Part shown: positions 46,290 to 59,988 of the stretch, in pieces
Numbering within the stretch: the stretch's first letter is position 1
Layout: each line of letters starts with the position of its first letter
NCBI GenBank assembly: GCA_010093605.1
Contig: MU004198.1
Coordinates: forward strand, 312,726-376,725
From: Lophium mytilinum
Lineage: Eukaryota
Reading direction: 5' to 3'
DNA: 64,000 nt
The notes under the pieces: generated by a model
What the model was told of the DNA's origin: nothing
Databases searched by the model: none
Seen by the model: only the letters and a program-made list of their open reading frames with translations
Program-made: the position numbers and the translations under genes

Positions 46290-49200
46290 ATGGCGAAAGG
46301 ATTTGATGAGCTGATCGAGTTTGTGCTCGCTGAGATCGCGTTGGCGGGGGACAGAGGTACGTGAGAAAAAAGATCCTGAGTCGAATAGCCTGTGCGAGCA
46401 CCCCTACCTACGCACGCAAGCCTGCATTAGCGAGGGTTCAGAAAGAGCTTGGAAGACGGCCAATAGGATGGCTTGGGGTGCTTGCGATGGATTCATATTT
46501 TGGGTGTTGGCGTCGGCGACGACGACGACGGCGGTTCGAATCGCGCTGCTTCGAGGTTTTCGGTTCTAATGCGTTTTTTCTGCAGGAGCGAGTGTTTCCG
46601 ATTTCCGACGATTTGTGAAGGAGTTTTATGAGTTGCCGGAGCTGGAGTATGAGGGGAGGCGGTTTGGGAGTGTGGCAGCTCCGCCGGCGGTCGTGGATGA
46701 GAGGGTTTATGAGAAGGTGTGGGGGTGGGTGAAGGAGCATCCTGATTTTGTGGTTAAAGAGGAGTGGAAGGGGATGAGAGGGATGGGGTTAGGGGAGATT
46801 GAGGTTGAGGATGGTCGAGCTGAGGATGGTACGGGATCTGGAGATGCTGTGGGTTCTGGAAACGCCCTTGGATCTGGAAACACCACGGCGAACGAGCATC
46901 AGCCTGAGGATGCTGCGACTTCCGGAGAGACTACTCAACCTAGGAACGATGCTTCCGATCCGCCTTCCAAGGAACATGATCCGGTACCTCAGCTCCAAGC
47001 GAAGGGCTTCCGCATGCACGCTACAGAAGACCGCGTCTGGAAAGCTATCGCTGGCCACAGCATCGACTATAAGAAGTTACCCATCCTCGAATTTGCGTGT
47101 CTTCAAGTCATCTGCGCCGCAGGAAAGAAAGGCATCATTCAACCAGACCTTACGGCCCTTACTGGGCAAGACAAGCGTTCTACGCCGAAGCGGACAGACA
47201 ATCTTTCCCAGAAGGGGTATATTGAGAAGAAGGTTGTTAACGTCAGGGGCTTGAGGACGAGTCTTTGCATCCATAAGAGGTTTCTGGCCACGAAGGCTGT
47301 GGTGACCCAGGCCCAGAGTCAGACTAACGATACGGATCTTTCTGTTGACAGCAAGGATGTCTTCAATGACTGGGTACTGAGCATGGATCATCTGATCACC
47401 TATTTGTATGAGCTGCTAAAAGACATCCGGATTATTTCGCAAGTGGATCTCAGGAGGAAGATGGTAAGATTAAACCCTCCTCCTTGGTTGAGGATATTCG
47501 TCTGACCTGTGTAGGGAATCCAAAACGTCAAGAGCTGGCAAGGCAAGGCTCTCGAAGGCGCCCTCACTCGGCTCAAGAACGTTGGATACATCAGCCGGAC
47601 GAAGGCAAAAGTCCAAGGACGCAAGGATAAGATCGCTTTATGCGTGAAGCTCCTACGTGCGCCAACCGACGATGATCGTCGGATCATGGCTGTGACTCAT
47701 GTCAATAGAACTACTGCGACCGATGGCATTCTCGAAGAAGACGAAGGCGGTGACGACGATCTACGAGATCTCGACCTCGAGGCAGACATTGAGGATGGCG
47801 AGGTCGTCGTGGAAGACGAACGGATCCCGCCTCAGTGGACTCCGGATCGAGTGATCACGAATTTCTTGTTCGATGCTATCGATGGCGCTGGAGCCAAGGG
47901 CATCAACTCCGAAGATCTCCGTACTGCGTCATTAGGGAAATTCTGGAAACGACCTTTGGAAGCTATGCTGGTCCGCTTTACGGACACATGGGAGCAGAAC
48001 CAGCCTGCCCAGACCAAGCATTTCTCGGTGATTAGGGACACCGCCATCACGCAAGAGAGGAAATTCATCCACTATATCTTCCGGAGCCACAACAACTTCC
48101 AGAAAGCTGTCGATGCGAATGAGACTGAGTGGGCGGCGGTGCAAGATCCTAAGAAGGCTGTCGATAAGAAGGGCGCCAAGCTCAAACAGTCGAAAGACGT
48201 TAAAGAGACACAGCTGGACGAATGGGGGTTCCCTGTACTCTCACCAAAGCTCTTCACAAATGGCACCGGCGCTGCGACACTGGAAGAATGTCGGGAATCG
48301 ATGAATGAACTTGTGGTGTCGAATAATTGGGACAACAATCTGATTGCAAAGCTTGGATATCAGAGAGTCAAGCCGTCGAAATACAGAGGATCAAAGTCGG
48401 ACAGACCAGGGAAAGTGTATACGGAGAAACAGGTCGAACGGATGACCGCCAAATACCCCTACTGCGATCCCATCGCAATCAAGATCCCGAAAATATTCAA
48501 GGATCGTATGGAAGGAGCCACACCAACTGCTCAGACTCCCGCCCCCGGGGTAATTACATCTTCTCGAGCTCCAGGCTCTGTCCCACCGTCATCAGCCGCG
48601 CGTGCTCGGGGTTTCGTTCTCCCTTCGGAAAGCCCTGCTGGCGACTCGATGGAGATCGATACTCCAGGCCCGGGTTCCAGAGAAACTACTCAACTCCCCG
48701 ATCTCAGCTCATTCATCCCACAGCCGAAACGTGCTCCGTATCGACGAAAAGCCGACGGATCGAGTTCAGACTATTTGAATACTGAGCAACTACGCGAGTG
48801 GAGGCTTGATAATGGGTTTTCGGTTGTTGGACGGCTGACTATCGATGCGCGGAAGATGCTTGAGGAGCAGGGGCTTATTCCGCCGAAGGCACCTAAGGCA
48901 CTGAAGGTTGCAAAGACGCCAAAGGTTGCAAAAACGCCGAAGGTTCCAAAGACACCGAAGGTTTCGAAGACGCCGAAAGCTATGAAGACGCCGAAGAAAG
49001 GGAAGAAGGCGCTGGATGGAAGTACCGGGGTCATAGTGACAGGTACTTTCACGCCTATAAACGCCGGGATTGATCAGCCTGGTCAAGCGACACCTGTGCA
49101 AACCGCCCAGGAAACACCAGGGCAAATCGAGCAGTCCGCTATAGCAGCCCCAAGCTCAATGCCTGGTTCTCCAAATATGGACAGAACACCCGACAATCGC

Positions 49201-52200
49201 AACTCTCCGATCCCGAATCCTCCTCAAGGCACTGACCAAACTCCGACAAGTATTAGGGATGAACCTGGAAATTCTCGAAAGCGATCTAGGGCGGACATGG
49301 AAGAAGCTTTGCCGTTGGAAACTCCTCAGCCTGGCCAGTCTCCAAGCCGTACTTTAACTACAGCAGCGTCTCTGGACTCGACTATCACAGATGTACCAGC
49401 GAAACGTGTTAGAAAACACTACAAGTCGTGGACAGATATTGCGGAAGAGAGTCTCAGTCGTTTCATCCCGGAGAACACGTCCAGTGATCCAAATGCTACG
49501 GGCTCTATAGTAGAAACAACAGAACAGGTTCTCGGTGCCGATCCGGGTGCAACACCCGGTCCTTCAATTCAGGCTCCGCCCACAGCCACACCTGCCAGGG
49601 CAACTCATGAAGACAAAGTAACTGCCCAAGTTGAAGCCATTCTCGCACGGTTCAACGGCCGGTCAGAACCTGGAGTGTATATCAACCCTTTCGCCACACG
49701 GAGAATAGCCCGGGGTCGTCCTCGCCGAGCACTGATCGCCGTGTTCAAGTCAAACCGACTTGGCGAGCTTGGGTTGCCTTTAGATCCTCTACCTCCAGAG
49801 CAACCGAGGAGACGAAAAGAGCTGGCGCCGGCAAAGCCCGATGGAGGCAAATTACCACGTGGGTGGAGCCGACGTAGACTTTTGGGCCAAGAAGAGGTTG
49901 CGGCAGAACAGAGCGTTGGCCCAGCCGATGCGGAGGAGGCCGAGGTCGCTGGTAGGGATGTGATCGTTCAGCAAATTGCTACTCCCGAAGGAGTTATGTC
50001 GCCGCTCAAGCGAAAATCAAGCCCAAATCAATTGGTGGGAAACGGCGAGAAGAGACAGAGAACTTCGACAAGATCTCCCGGTGGGGACTCTGTGCCAGCT
50101 TTTACGGTTCCTGCTTTCACAAGTTCTACTCCGCTCTTCCATCAATGGACTGGTACGTTCTCCACGGACTTCGTGTCACCCAACGTCATTTTCGAGTTTG
50201 GCAGTGCACAATCTACTTCTACCGAACGACCATCAATATCGTCAGAAACCAACACCAACGATGAACAACCGAGTGCCCCACAAAACTCTGTCACTCCGGG
50301 AGACGTTGAGATGGTCGAGTCCCACACTCCTCCGGGCTCTCCGGTACCTTCGGCAATCTTCAATCCGCAGTTGATATATGTTCCGGATGCAGAAGTAGTG
50401 GAAGCCGAAGAGCGTAGTCAAAAGCCCGTCGTAAAGCGTGGTGTGGTAATTGGAGGCGGGAGCGTGTTCCATCAGCGGACTCGCGTCATCCTCGACATCA
50501 TCACGAAATGCGGTGGCGTTTTTCCCGGACACAACGAGTTGCATTACGTGTTCACAGGTGCTTGGGAGAAATTAACGAGTGTGAAGCAGACGACATGGCC
50601 AGATCGTGCGACGATAATCAAGCAAGTCAAGATACTCGTCTCTGAGGGAACTCTCCAACGTTTGCAATTCACGTTCCAATTCGCCAATGGAAGGTTCATC
50701 TCGAAACAGATCCTAACTCTCGCTGGTATTGATCCCTTGTCTATCGAGGTCAAGTCACTGCAACAGCAGATGATCCGGCATTATCCTCAGATCTACTTCC
50801 CTGAACATGTTACCGGACTTGCCGCCGACGTCCGAGCGAGGGGTCCTCACAGAACGTTTGAGATCGAAACCGAGATGGCGGTGGAGCCAATGTTCCCTGG
50901 AGTAGTCATCCAACGTCTTGAAGACCGAGTCATGAAGACTCAGGCAGAGCGAGTGCAATATAGGCGCGAACGTGCTGCGGAGCGAGCTCGCGAACGTGGT
51001 GCGGAGAAAAGAGCCAAGCAAATGCAGGAGCTGCAGCAGGCTTCTCTAGTCAGTGGTGCGCATCCCGTCTCTACTGCAAAGGGAGGAGGGGGAAAGATGC
51101 CTGGTCACCTGTCGCGATTGCCGAAGCTTAACACGGACAATCTTGCTGCGCTTCTGCCGCCGCTCCAGCTTGAGAACGAGGAAGACGAAGTTGACGGATC
51201 GAGGCGGTTCCTCTCCAACAGCGGTTCATCCGACGATGGTGATAGTACCGAGCGCGATACATTGAGTCCTGAGAGTGAAACAACCGTTCCTGGGCAGAAT
51301 GATATCGATGCCCCTAGTCCCGTCTTTCTTGATACACCAGAAGGCACGTCGCCTTCTAGTTCATACTCAGACGATTTGGATTTCGAAGCAATCTCGAGGG
51401 AATTCTTCACGGAACATTATGAAACGGACGGCTCCAAGCGATACTCCAAGAAATCGCATCATGTGGCTAAAGAAGCATTCTGGAAGAACCCAGCTGTCAC
51501 CTTCTATCCGAACATTGGCACGTTCTCAGATGAGCTTGTCCCACGACGGAACTCTACGGTCTCAACTCCTTCTGTTGAGACTCCACAGGTCACAAAGGTT
51601 CCATTTCCTCGAAGTCTCGCAGACATCACGACTCAAACACTCCTGCGATTCAAGCCTTCCGTTGATCGCCAAGACAAGTCATGGTTGGTCGATCCCGAAC
51701 ACAAGAAGTACTTCATGGACGTCTACAAGATTGCTTCATGGGACATACGACACGACTATTTGGTGCAGAAGTCGAATGTATCTGGAAAAGCTGAGCTTTG
51801 CTTCATCAATCTCGCCATGCCTGGGAAGCACGTCGTTGCGAATGGCCAGGACATCGAGCGCCCATCGACGGCAGATAGCGAGACATCGCGTCGTCGTCGC
51901 GCTGCAACAGAGGGCCATAAACATGTCCCTGGCAGTGTTTGGATCAACTTCGAGGGGTCTTCTGAGAATGGTCAGTTGAAATTCACGACAACAAAGCGCA
52001 CTATTGATGCTGTCGGTGGGGTTGAGCGTCCTCCTGCTAAGAAGAGGCGGGTCACTTTCGATCTACCAGAAGAATCCGCAACTGAAGCGAACGGCACACA
52101 AACCAATGAAAGCGGACCCAAGAAGCCGAGAGCAGCGCTCAAGAAGGCGAAAGCTGCTATTTCCGAGGGAGCCGCTTCTGAGCTCGCCTATCTTGGTACT

Positions 52201-54204
52201 GTTCCGCCGAAAGCGAAGCCTGCTAGAAAAAAGGCTGCTGCTAAAGTTGTGCACCCCAATGCTCCTGTAGCCGAGCCAAAGAAGAGACCAACACGGCATA
52301 CTCGGCGTCTGACTCAATGCATCATCGACAACGATGCCACTGACAAGCTTCTCTATACTATTGTGGTTATCAAAGTCCTAGCCGGCGGTATCGAGCAAAA
52401 CGTTGACTGGAAGATCGTCGACAAAGTCTTCAAGGACCATCCAAAGTTCAACAGGTCTACCTTCCAGAAACGTTGGGGTACTGTCAAATCCCGCTGCACG
52501 GCGCTAATTGATAGGTTGACCGAGGAATTCCAACAGCATTACATTGAAGCGTACGAGAAGGGTGAAGCGCCGACCTTTGACTTCGGCAATCCCGATAGCT
52601 ATGACTGGGTTGAGCTGGTTGACTGGGCCAGGAGTACGCTGAAACAGTCTAGCCGATCCGTTCAACTTCCCGAGGATAGAGCGGAGATTTACGATTACTA
52701 TACCGTCGAGGAGCTGCCTAAGCATACTGACTTCCAAGAGCATTGGTATGATGCTACCATGCAAACATATATCAGAGCGAGAGAAGTGGCTGGTTATGTG
52801 TACTCGGTGCCAATCGACAATTGCGAGTTTCCGAGAGCTAGCGATTCCTCTACGAAGGAAGAGCTACTAAAAGCGAAGTCGTGGCTTCGAGCCAGCGTTG
52901 CCAATGGTGCACCAGTTGGTAGAGATGCCGTACAAGCCGTAAACGAGAAACTCAGCAAGCTCGATGAAGACTATATCGACGAAGCACTCTCTGACCTCAG
53001 AGGCGACGGGGCTTTCAAGCTTCTCAAGAAGGGGAAGAATCCGCTGCTTGGCGACGACTTCGCCCTCTCGCCAGCCTTCTACAAACAGTTCAACCGCGTA
53101 TGGAACGTCGACAACCTCAACGACGCCGTGTCATTCAAGCAACAACTCGACAAGATCTTCAGCGCTCCACCTTCCGACAAAGACAACGACGTGACGATGT
53201 CTGGCACCGACGCACCAGAACCCACGACACCTACTCTCAACCCCGACGCCCGCCTCCCAATCTCTCTCACCCTCTCCAGCGGCGCTCTCATGGTCATCAC
53301 CACCCTGATCTCCACCAACCGCGCCAAACTCGTGCCCCACCTCCCCGTGGTCAACAGCACCATCGGCGACCCCTTCCCGCGCCTCTCCGTCTGGGGCTGG
53401 ACAGAAAATAATTATCGCGCCGTTTCCATGTCGCGCGAGCATATCTTTTGGGGCCTCGACATCGTCCCCACGGACGCCTACCGCTTCGGCAACCCGCTCG
53501 CCGACGCCAAGGGTCTCGGGATCGACTGGGACGTCTCCATCGCTCCGCCCCCGATGTGTCAGAACGGCAAAATCCCCATCTGGTGTGACCTCAACGAGGG
53601 TTTCGTGTACGCATGGTGGGAACGCGCTGTCGTCGCTGTGATAGGCCATCTCGTCCTCCGCTCACCGGCGTCCATCGACTCTCTTTCCTCCGCGTTGTCG
53701 AAGATCCTGGAGCGCTGGGAGATCGAGCTTATTGTCCATTGGCTTGTGGATGTTGGCGCTGCTACTCTCGCTACCTCTGGTTCTTACACTCGGATCGCGC
53801 CAGGCGAGTACTGGTGGTGCGTCCTCGGCACCACGGATGCTGGGCGCTTGGAAGCGGAGAAACGCAGACTGATCAAGGAGAAAGAGGCGGCAGCGCAGAA
53901 ATTGAAGAAGAAGACGGGCCCGCCGAAGGGGTGGCGGAAGCCGAGACCCGTGGTCACTGGGATTAATATCGGGTATCCGATTCCTGTGGAGGATGATGGG
54001 GAGTTTGATGGGGCGTTGTTGGAGTTAGCGGGGGTTACTGCGGGGGGGAGTGGCGGGGAGGAAGGTGATGGGAGCGGTGTTGAGGGTGGTGGGAATGAAG
54101 GTGGTGGGAATGGGCTTGTGGATGCAGGTTTGGATCAAAATGGTGTTGATCAGGATGCAGATGGTGAGGTTGATGGGGATGGTGATGTTGTTATGGAGGG
54201 ATGA
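46290..54204 (+). CDS. TFC3: RNA polymerase III transcription factor TFIIIC B-block-binding subunit (Tfc3/Sfc3, tau138)
   Basis: N-terminus MAKGFDELIEFVL; winged-helix B-block motif GIIQPDLTALTGQDKRSTPKRTDNLSQKGYIEK; GGVFPG; Sfc3 C-terminal region (LAGGIEQNVDW, IPIWCD). Introns 46357..46585 and 47464..47514. Confidence 0.9.
48883..48997 (+). repeat. 18-bp coding repeat (KTPKVx) within TFC3
   Basis: PKAPKALKVAKTPKVAKTPKVPKTPKVSKTPKAMKTPKK. Confidence 0.85.
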
Positions 54205-54657
54205 GGGGGTGCGAAAAAGGGCCGAGTGTACGATTAAGAAAAGATACCCGGAGATTGGGACTGGTTGTTGAGGTGATTGGCACGGTTCTGTCTGTCAAGC
54301 TGCAATGGATAAAAGTAGCTGGAGATACGTAAGCCATACAGCTTCTCGGCCAACAATGTAACAATATCAGAAATGCATGATCAACCCCATATTATTCATC
54401 AGTGCCTCCGCGTAAGGATGCTATACAGTACTAAGCCATAAGTCTGGGCACACAGACTCATTGCGGCGTGGCTCCAGCTTGCTTACTCGACACCGTTGTT
54501 TGGGGTAGCCTGGCTGCTGAGCAGCCAATTCGTCAAAATGCAGTATAATCTGCACTGCTTGACGCTTGCTATAGACATTGAGTCTTTGAAAGCCTGTTGG
54601 GGTACTCCAAGCAGTGGCGAACTAGTGTGCTCAGGCTTGTGGCCTGTCACTGTAACT

Positions 54658-55190
54658 CTATGACTGCGCAGTAAACGCGGGAATCCACCGCTCTCCCGCC
54701 TTCTCCGCCACACTCACAGCCGTCTCTCCAACCATCTCCGACACCAACGCCGCTGTCCCCGCGGGAACGAGTTCCTCGGCTTCTAGACTAATGAGCGCGC
54801 TGAGGGTCCAGTCTTGGCAGCGGTCCTACGCCTCCGTCAGCCTTCCTATTCCTCTTCATCTTAACGCCTCAAAATCAAAAGAGGGATGGAATGCAAACTT
54901 ACCACGCCATTCCTGGGCGCTGGCTCACGCCCTATAACATCGACCACCTGCTGATACTGGGAAGTTGGGGTGGTGCATAGGACGACTCGGCCTTCGCTGG
55001 AGAGGGTGGTGAGGGGTTCACCGGTGCGGGATTCGAATTGGTAGGTTAGGGTGTCGAGGTCGAGCACGACGACGTTTAGGAGGGTGCCGAGGTGGTGCGG
55101 TGGGGTGGAGAGGAGGAAGGACCAGTGGGAGCGGGCGTGGGGGGTTAGGCCGGGGCCGGAGATGTGGAGGGAGAGGGTGTAGGGGGGCAT
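54658..55190 (-). CDS. Small conserved hypothetical protein, 2 exons
   Basis: MPPYTLSLHISGPG...RSHWSF...EPAPRNGV, intron 54826..54902, then DRCQDWTLSALISLEAEELV. HW...CQxW pattern. Confidence 0.7.
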
Positions 55191-55530
55191 TGTGGGGGAG
55201 GCTGAGCGATGGGATTATGGAGCGACTGGAGTTGGTCATTTGCGGGAGGGCGTTGAGAGAGAACAGGTCTAGAGGATGCTTGGGAAATGGAGTTATTGAG
55301 AAGTTTGGAGGCCTGATGCTGGGGCTTGGATTGAAGGGCATGGGTCCAATCGTTCGAAAGAGTAAGCGAAATCCTATACAGTGAGTGTTTCATGAGGGCG
55401 AAAGGGCTACATCGCCGCGCGTAAGTATGATCATGGCACGGTTATGCAAAGAAACTTTTGAAGAGTGGAGTGTGTTGGTTCGTTACTAGTATTCACATAT
55501 ACTCAAACAAGGTAGCGGGCGAGTTCATGC

Positions 55531-57024
55531 TCACCGCTTCCTACGACCTCGCGTCTCCGCTGCTTTCTCCGCCCATCTTCCACGCTTTTTTTCGGCATCT
55601 GCGGTCACTTCTTCCCCGTCCTCGCGTGTATCTTCGGCATCTTCATGGACCTCAGGGGTAGCGTTTGGGCGCTGGCCGGCTTGGAAGGGCTGGGGAGCAT
55701 TGCGCTGCCGTGCTTGATTGTTTGCCCGCTCGTCCACAAGCTGCGCTCTCAGCTTCTCTTGGCTAGTCAACAGCTTACGTTCCCGCTCTTCTACCTTCTG
55801 TCGTCGCGACTTTTCTTGTTCCAGCTCATTTTTGAGATACGAGAGCTCCTTCACGTACCCATCGTTCGCCTCCTCGCGGATAGTAGAAAGCTGACCTTGG
55901 AGTTTGCAAATTTCGTCGTCTTTGGCGCCTAGAGCTTCCGCATCTGCTACCACTTTGGTATCTTCAGAGGCCATCATGATTATATTTTCAAGTTCCCAGT
56001 ACTTGATCGTGACTTCGTCGTACCATGCCTGCGCTTCGGCACGTTCTACCTCTAGCTCTAGGCCGTTGTCTTCCGCCTCCATCCTTGAAATCCTATAGAT
56101 CACGTTCTCTATCCATAGCATCTGGTCTGATGCTGCCTCTTGTATCTCGGTGGCTCTCTCGAGTATGTCTTTCTGGATCAAAGAAAGGATAGCTTCCTGC
56201 TGGTTCAATGGCGTCGTCATCCGCCATCGAGATTGTACAGCGGTCCTCTTATGCAGCTCCCCAACATTGGCGGTAAGCTCTAGCATCTCCTTGTCTTTCG
56301 CGGCTGGCTTCTTCACTACATCCAAGTCATGTTGCGACAAATACTCTTCGAAGGTTGCCGTGAACGCGCTTTCTTGTTCTTCCTTCAGCGCGACCTGACT
56401 TTTCTCCAATCTCTTCATCTTGTCCTCTAGTCGAAGAATCTTCTTGTGGTCTTTTCCCGCCATTTCTTTGAACCAGTCGATCAGTTCATCTTGCTCCTCC
56501 ATTGAGACTTGATCTTTTTCCAAAGACTTGCTCCGATGCTCTAGCCGAATGCTCTTCTTGTGGTCTTTTGCAGCCATCTCTTTCAACCATTCAATCAAAT
56601 CCTCATTGTCTTTCAGCTCAGCGGACATCGCATCGATCTGCTCGTCTAGTCTGGCTAGCTCAGTATCATGATCGGCTTGCATCGCAAGAAAGCGGCATTC
56701 CAAATATGCGTTCTCCACTCTCAATCGTCGAACAAGGGTTTGAGCTTCTGCTTCTTCGGCTACTGGGTAGTCTGCCCCGGACGGTGTGTAAATATGCCCT
56801 TGGAGTTGGAATTCTGGAAATCCACAACCCTGCAACGGGAGAGCATGTTGCAACGGGAGCGCTGCCAATGTTGGCGCAGGTGACCAAGCTGGTGCTGCTG
56901 CTCGCAGCGTGTGTGACGTCGTCGGAGGGTTCGAAGCCTTTGGTGTCATGGTGCCGGGCGTCTCTGGTGACTGAACTGGCAAAACAGGCTTCGGACGCGC
57001 CGTTGTGGCTTTGTTGTGATCCAT
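55531..57024 (-). CDS. Orphan coiled-coil protein
   Basis: Long ORF (first ATG 57024, MDHNK) with a Pro-rich N-terminus, E/K/L heptads and an internal 39-aa duplication. Confidence 0.7.
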   Translation of the reverse strand: MDHNKATTARPKPVLPVQSPETPGTMTPKASNPPTTSHTLRAAAPAWSPAPTLAALPLQHALPLQGCGFPEFQLQGHIYTPSGADYPVAEEAEAQTLVRRLRVENAYLECRFLAMQADHDTELARLDEQIDAMSAELKDNEDLIEWLKEMAAKDHKKSIRLEHRSKSLEKDQVSMEEQDELIDWFKEMAGKDHKKILRLEDKMKRLEKSQVALKEEQESAFTATFEEYLSQHDLDVVKKPAAKDKEMLELTANVGELHKRTAVQSRWRMTTPLNQQEAILSLIQKDILERATEIQEAASDQMLWIENVIYRISRMEAEDNGLELEVERAEAQAWYDEVTIKYWELENIIMMASEDTKVVADAEALGAKDDEICKLQGQLSTIREEANDGYVKELSYLKNELEQEKSRRQKVEERERKLLTSQEKLRAQLVDERANNQARQRNAPQPFQAGQRPNATPEVHEDAEDTREDGEEVTADAEKKRGRWAEKAAETRGRRKR

Positions 57025-57772
57025 CTCCCACTCTATTGCACAATATGGAGAAGAGAGAATCGGCGTGTTGCAGGTGGGTGAGGTGGATGAAGCGGCTCTA
57101 CTTACTTCCAACTCAGACTAGTTTAGAACTAGGTAACGCGGAGACGCAGAAACCTTTGCCCGGATTGGCCTTTACCTTCGAAAAGAGAGCCTAGAAGTCT
57201 CAAGTCCCTCGGGTAAAAACGGTGTAAAGATTTCGGGGGTGGGCGGAGCAACGAGCCGCCGTCTAGAGCTTTTCGCCGTCTTGGGCGATATTAGACTCAA
57301 CCTACAACAACACTCAACATCGCGTCCTCCAAGAGTCACACCATTTTGCCACACGACCACAAGTATGTCATCAACATAGACCTTCAAAACACCCTCTTTT
57401 CGACTTGAACGCGACATAGAAGAAGCAGATATCAAGCTCCACCTCTGATGATTCAGACCAGCCGCTGACAATATGGTGACAACAAAAGCAGCGAAACATC
57501 CGCCTTGCGGGGGCAAACCTTGGCAAGATGGATCTCACTGAAAGGTAAGCACTCGCAATTCACTATCCCAGATCGGCGCACTCACAGCCAGAAGCGGAGG
57601 ACTCGCGCAGTCAAAACAGACAGACGACGACGAAGAGTCTCTGTTGCAACCCTCACAACAACACACTCCACACCCCACACCACCTCCCTGCCATCCCCCA
57701 ATTCCGCCTCTCGAACCTCTGCTTCTCAATTTCCCTTACCTGTCGTCTACTGAGGAGCCGAGCACTCCAACC

Positions 57773-59119
57773 ATGTGCCCATCCGCCGTCAACATGGATC
57801 CGGAGTCCGAGAACCAGTCTCCCGTTGGCTGGGAGTCGATGTCCGCCTTCATGTTTGGCAACACCACAGTCTCGTACCCCCCTAATATCCTTGGCTTGGA
57901 AGCGCAAGTTTGCTCTCTACGACAAGTGATTAACGCGAACGCCGCCGAGTCCGCGCGGCTGAGTGAGGAAATAGCGGCGCGCGACAAGATAATTGACGGC
58001 CTCAGCGAGAAAGAACGGATTCTCGAGTTACGGAAGCTGGAGCTCATGCACCTGGGATTGATGATCCAAAAGCGCGATGACGCGATCAAAGAGCGCGATG
58101 ACTTTATCAACACCCTTGTCAATGCCCCAGTGGGTACAGTGGGTACAATGTGCTGCTGCGATGAACTTCAAAAGGAACGCCAAAAGTTCCAGGAAGAGCT
58201 TGAAGCCAAAGACAAGAAGATCGGCGAGATCAAAGAGCTCTATAAGAAGGAAGTCGCTGCGAAGGACCGCGCTATGGAGAGTCTGAAGAAGCAGAAGAGA
58301 GCCGAAGTTGAGGGTGCAAACAAGCGAATCAAGGCTCTTGATGACATTATCGACGGTAAGGACCTTGCCATCCAAGCGGAAGTACAGGTGCACAAAGACC
58401 TCAAAGTTCAGCTGTCGGCAAAAACCCGGGAGGCCAATGCACTAACGAGGAGGATCGAAGAGATGACAAAGGAAGCGGCTAGGCTCAGCAAGTTGAAGGA
58501 AAAGACCTGGCAAAAGCTCGACACTTCCAGAAGCGTCGCTACCGAGCTAGAGCTGAAGCTGAAGCGCGAAGAAGAGACTCGAGAGTTGCAGGTCCGCAAG
58601 GGCATCGAGGAGGTCGTGGCGCCTGCATATCCGATATCAGGCAATGAGCTTCGGGCCAACGACCTTCTGTATGAAACCGTCCAGGCGAAAGACAAGATCA
58701 TTGAGGAACTTCAGAGCGAGATTGCGGCTCTCAACATTTCCACCGAGCTCATGGCGGAGAACGAAGAGAAGCTCAGGGCGAAGCTTGCGGAGACCACCGG
58801 TCAGACTCTGAATACCAACAACAACTTCACCGTTGTCAAGGTGAAGAAGGGAAAGAAGACTAAGCCGACTACCAACAAGTTCCAGGTCCTCGAGGAGCCA
58901 GATGATCCGCCAGTAAGTTCTCGTAATTCTCCTGGGCGGCCTTTATATGTATTTGAGACTAATTGATGCAAGGCCCCTCCTGATCCGAAGCTGTATGATG
59001 GCTTCACCACCAACACTGGTGCCGAGGCCACTCTGCGAAAAGGTCCAGGCGGCCGGAGATACTATGAGAAGATCGCCCGCCACGAGACGGACCGTTGGAA
59101 TGCCCATGTCGAAGAGTGA
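57773..59119 (+). CDS. Orphan coiled-coil protein, 2 exons
   Basis: ATG 57773; heptad-rich; intron 58913..58972 (gtaagt...ctaat...aag); last exon ends at TGA 59119. Confidence 0.7.
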
Positions 59120-59988
59120 AGGTCTGGACTTGCTCCGCTGTCAGCCTTGAGTGAGGTGGCGATAGGTATGTACTCCCTCTGTCAACGGCGTATCAATTTA
59201 GTTCTAAACGAACGGCGGGCCTGAAACAGGTCTCGATTGGTATGTCCGATTCTTGCACTGGCTCTGCGAGTAGGCTTCTTGAGACGAACGGCATCCCAAG
59301 GTTAGTGATTCTTCTTCTCTTTCTGTATCTTGGAGGATTGCCCTGTCGGAACTTCTTGAGTAAGTCGTATGGCTTGGGCTTGGGCTTCATGTGCGAGCTG
59401 CAGTAGTAATAGAAACGCTGCAGATCTATACCTTCGTTGATGTCGTGAGTGAGTACCAATATATAACGCCTTGTCATGTCGAAGTCTGCGCAATGTGACG
59501 CCATCTGCGCGACCTCCCACTATTTGAGATTGCGCTGTATGTAAAATTCGCGACATTACAGCTAAGGCTCACTTCAAATGATCTTAACCACAAGAACACC
59601 TACTTTTTGGCACTGCTTGAAGTGCCTTGGTCATCTTTTGATATGGAAACATGACGTAAGAGCTAATACAACCTGATCGAGACAGCCTACAAGCAGAGTC
59701 TCTGATACACACCTACTTAGGGCTTGTTCACACTTGTCTGTTACTTCTTGAGGCTCCGGTAAATCAGAAAACAATATTTCTCACTCGCCTGATGACGTTT
59801 CGAGCCACTTCAGACGGAATCAGCATAGGCGGCCACTTTATGCTCAACGAGGTCTGCCGAGTATTTTCCGGGATCAAACCTTACCTTCGCGGCCTTTCCC
59901 GCTCCGCAAAACAAACAACTCTTGAACACCCTCCGCCTTCGCACCCAAACGGGCAGAAATCGTCACTACCAACAGAGACGATACTCAG

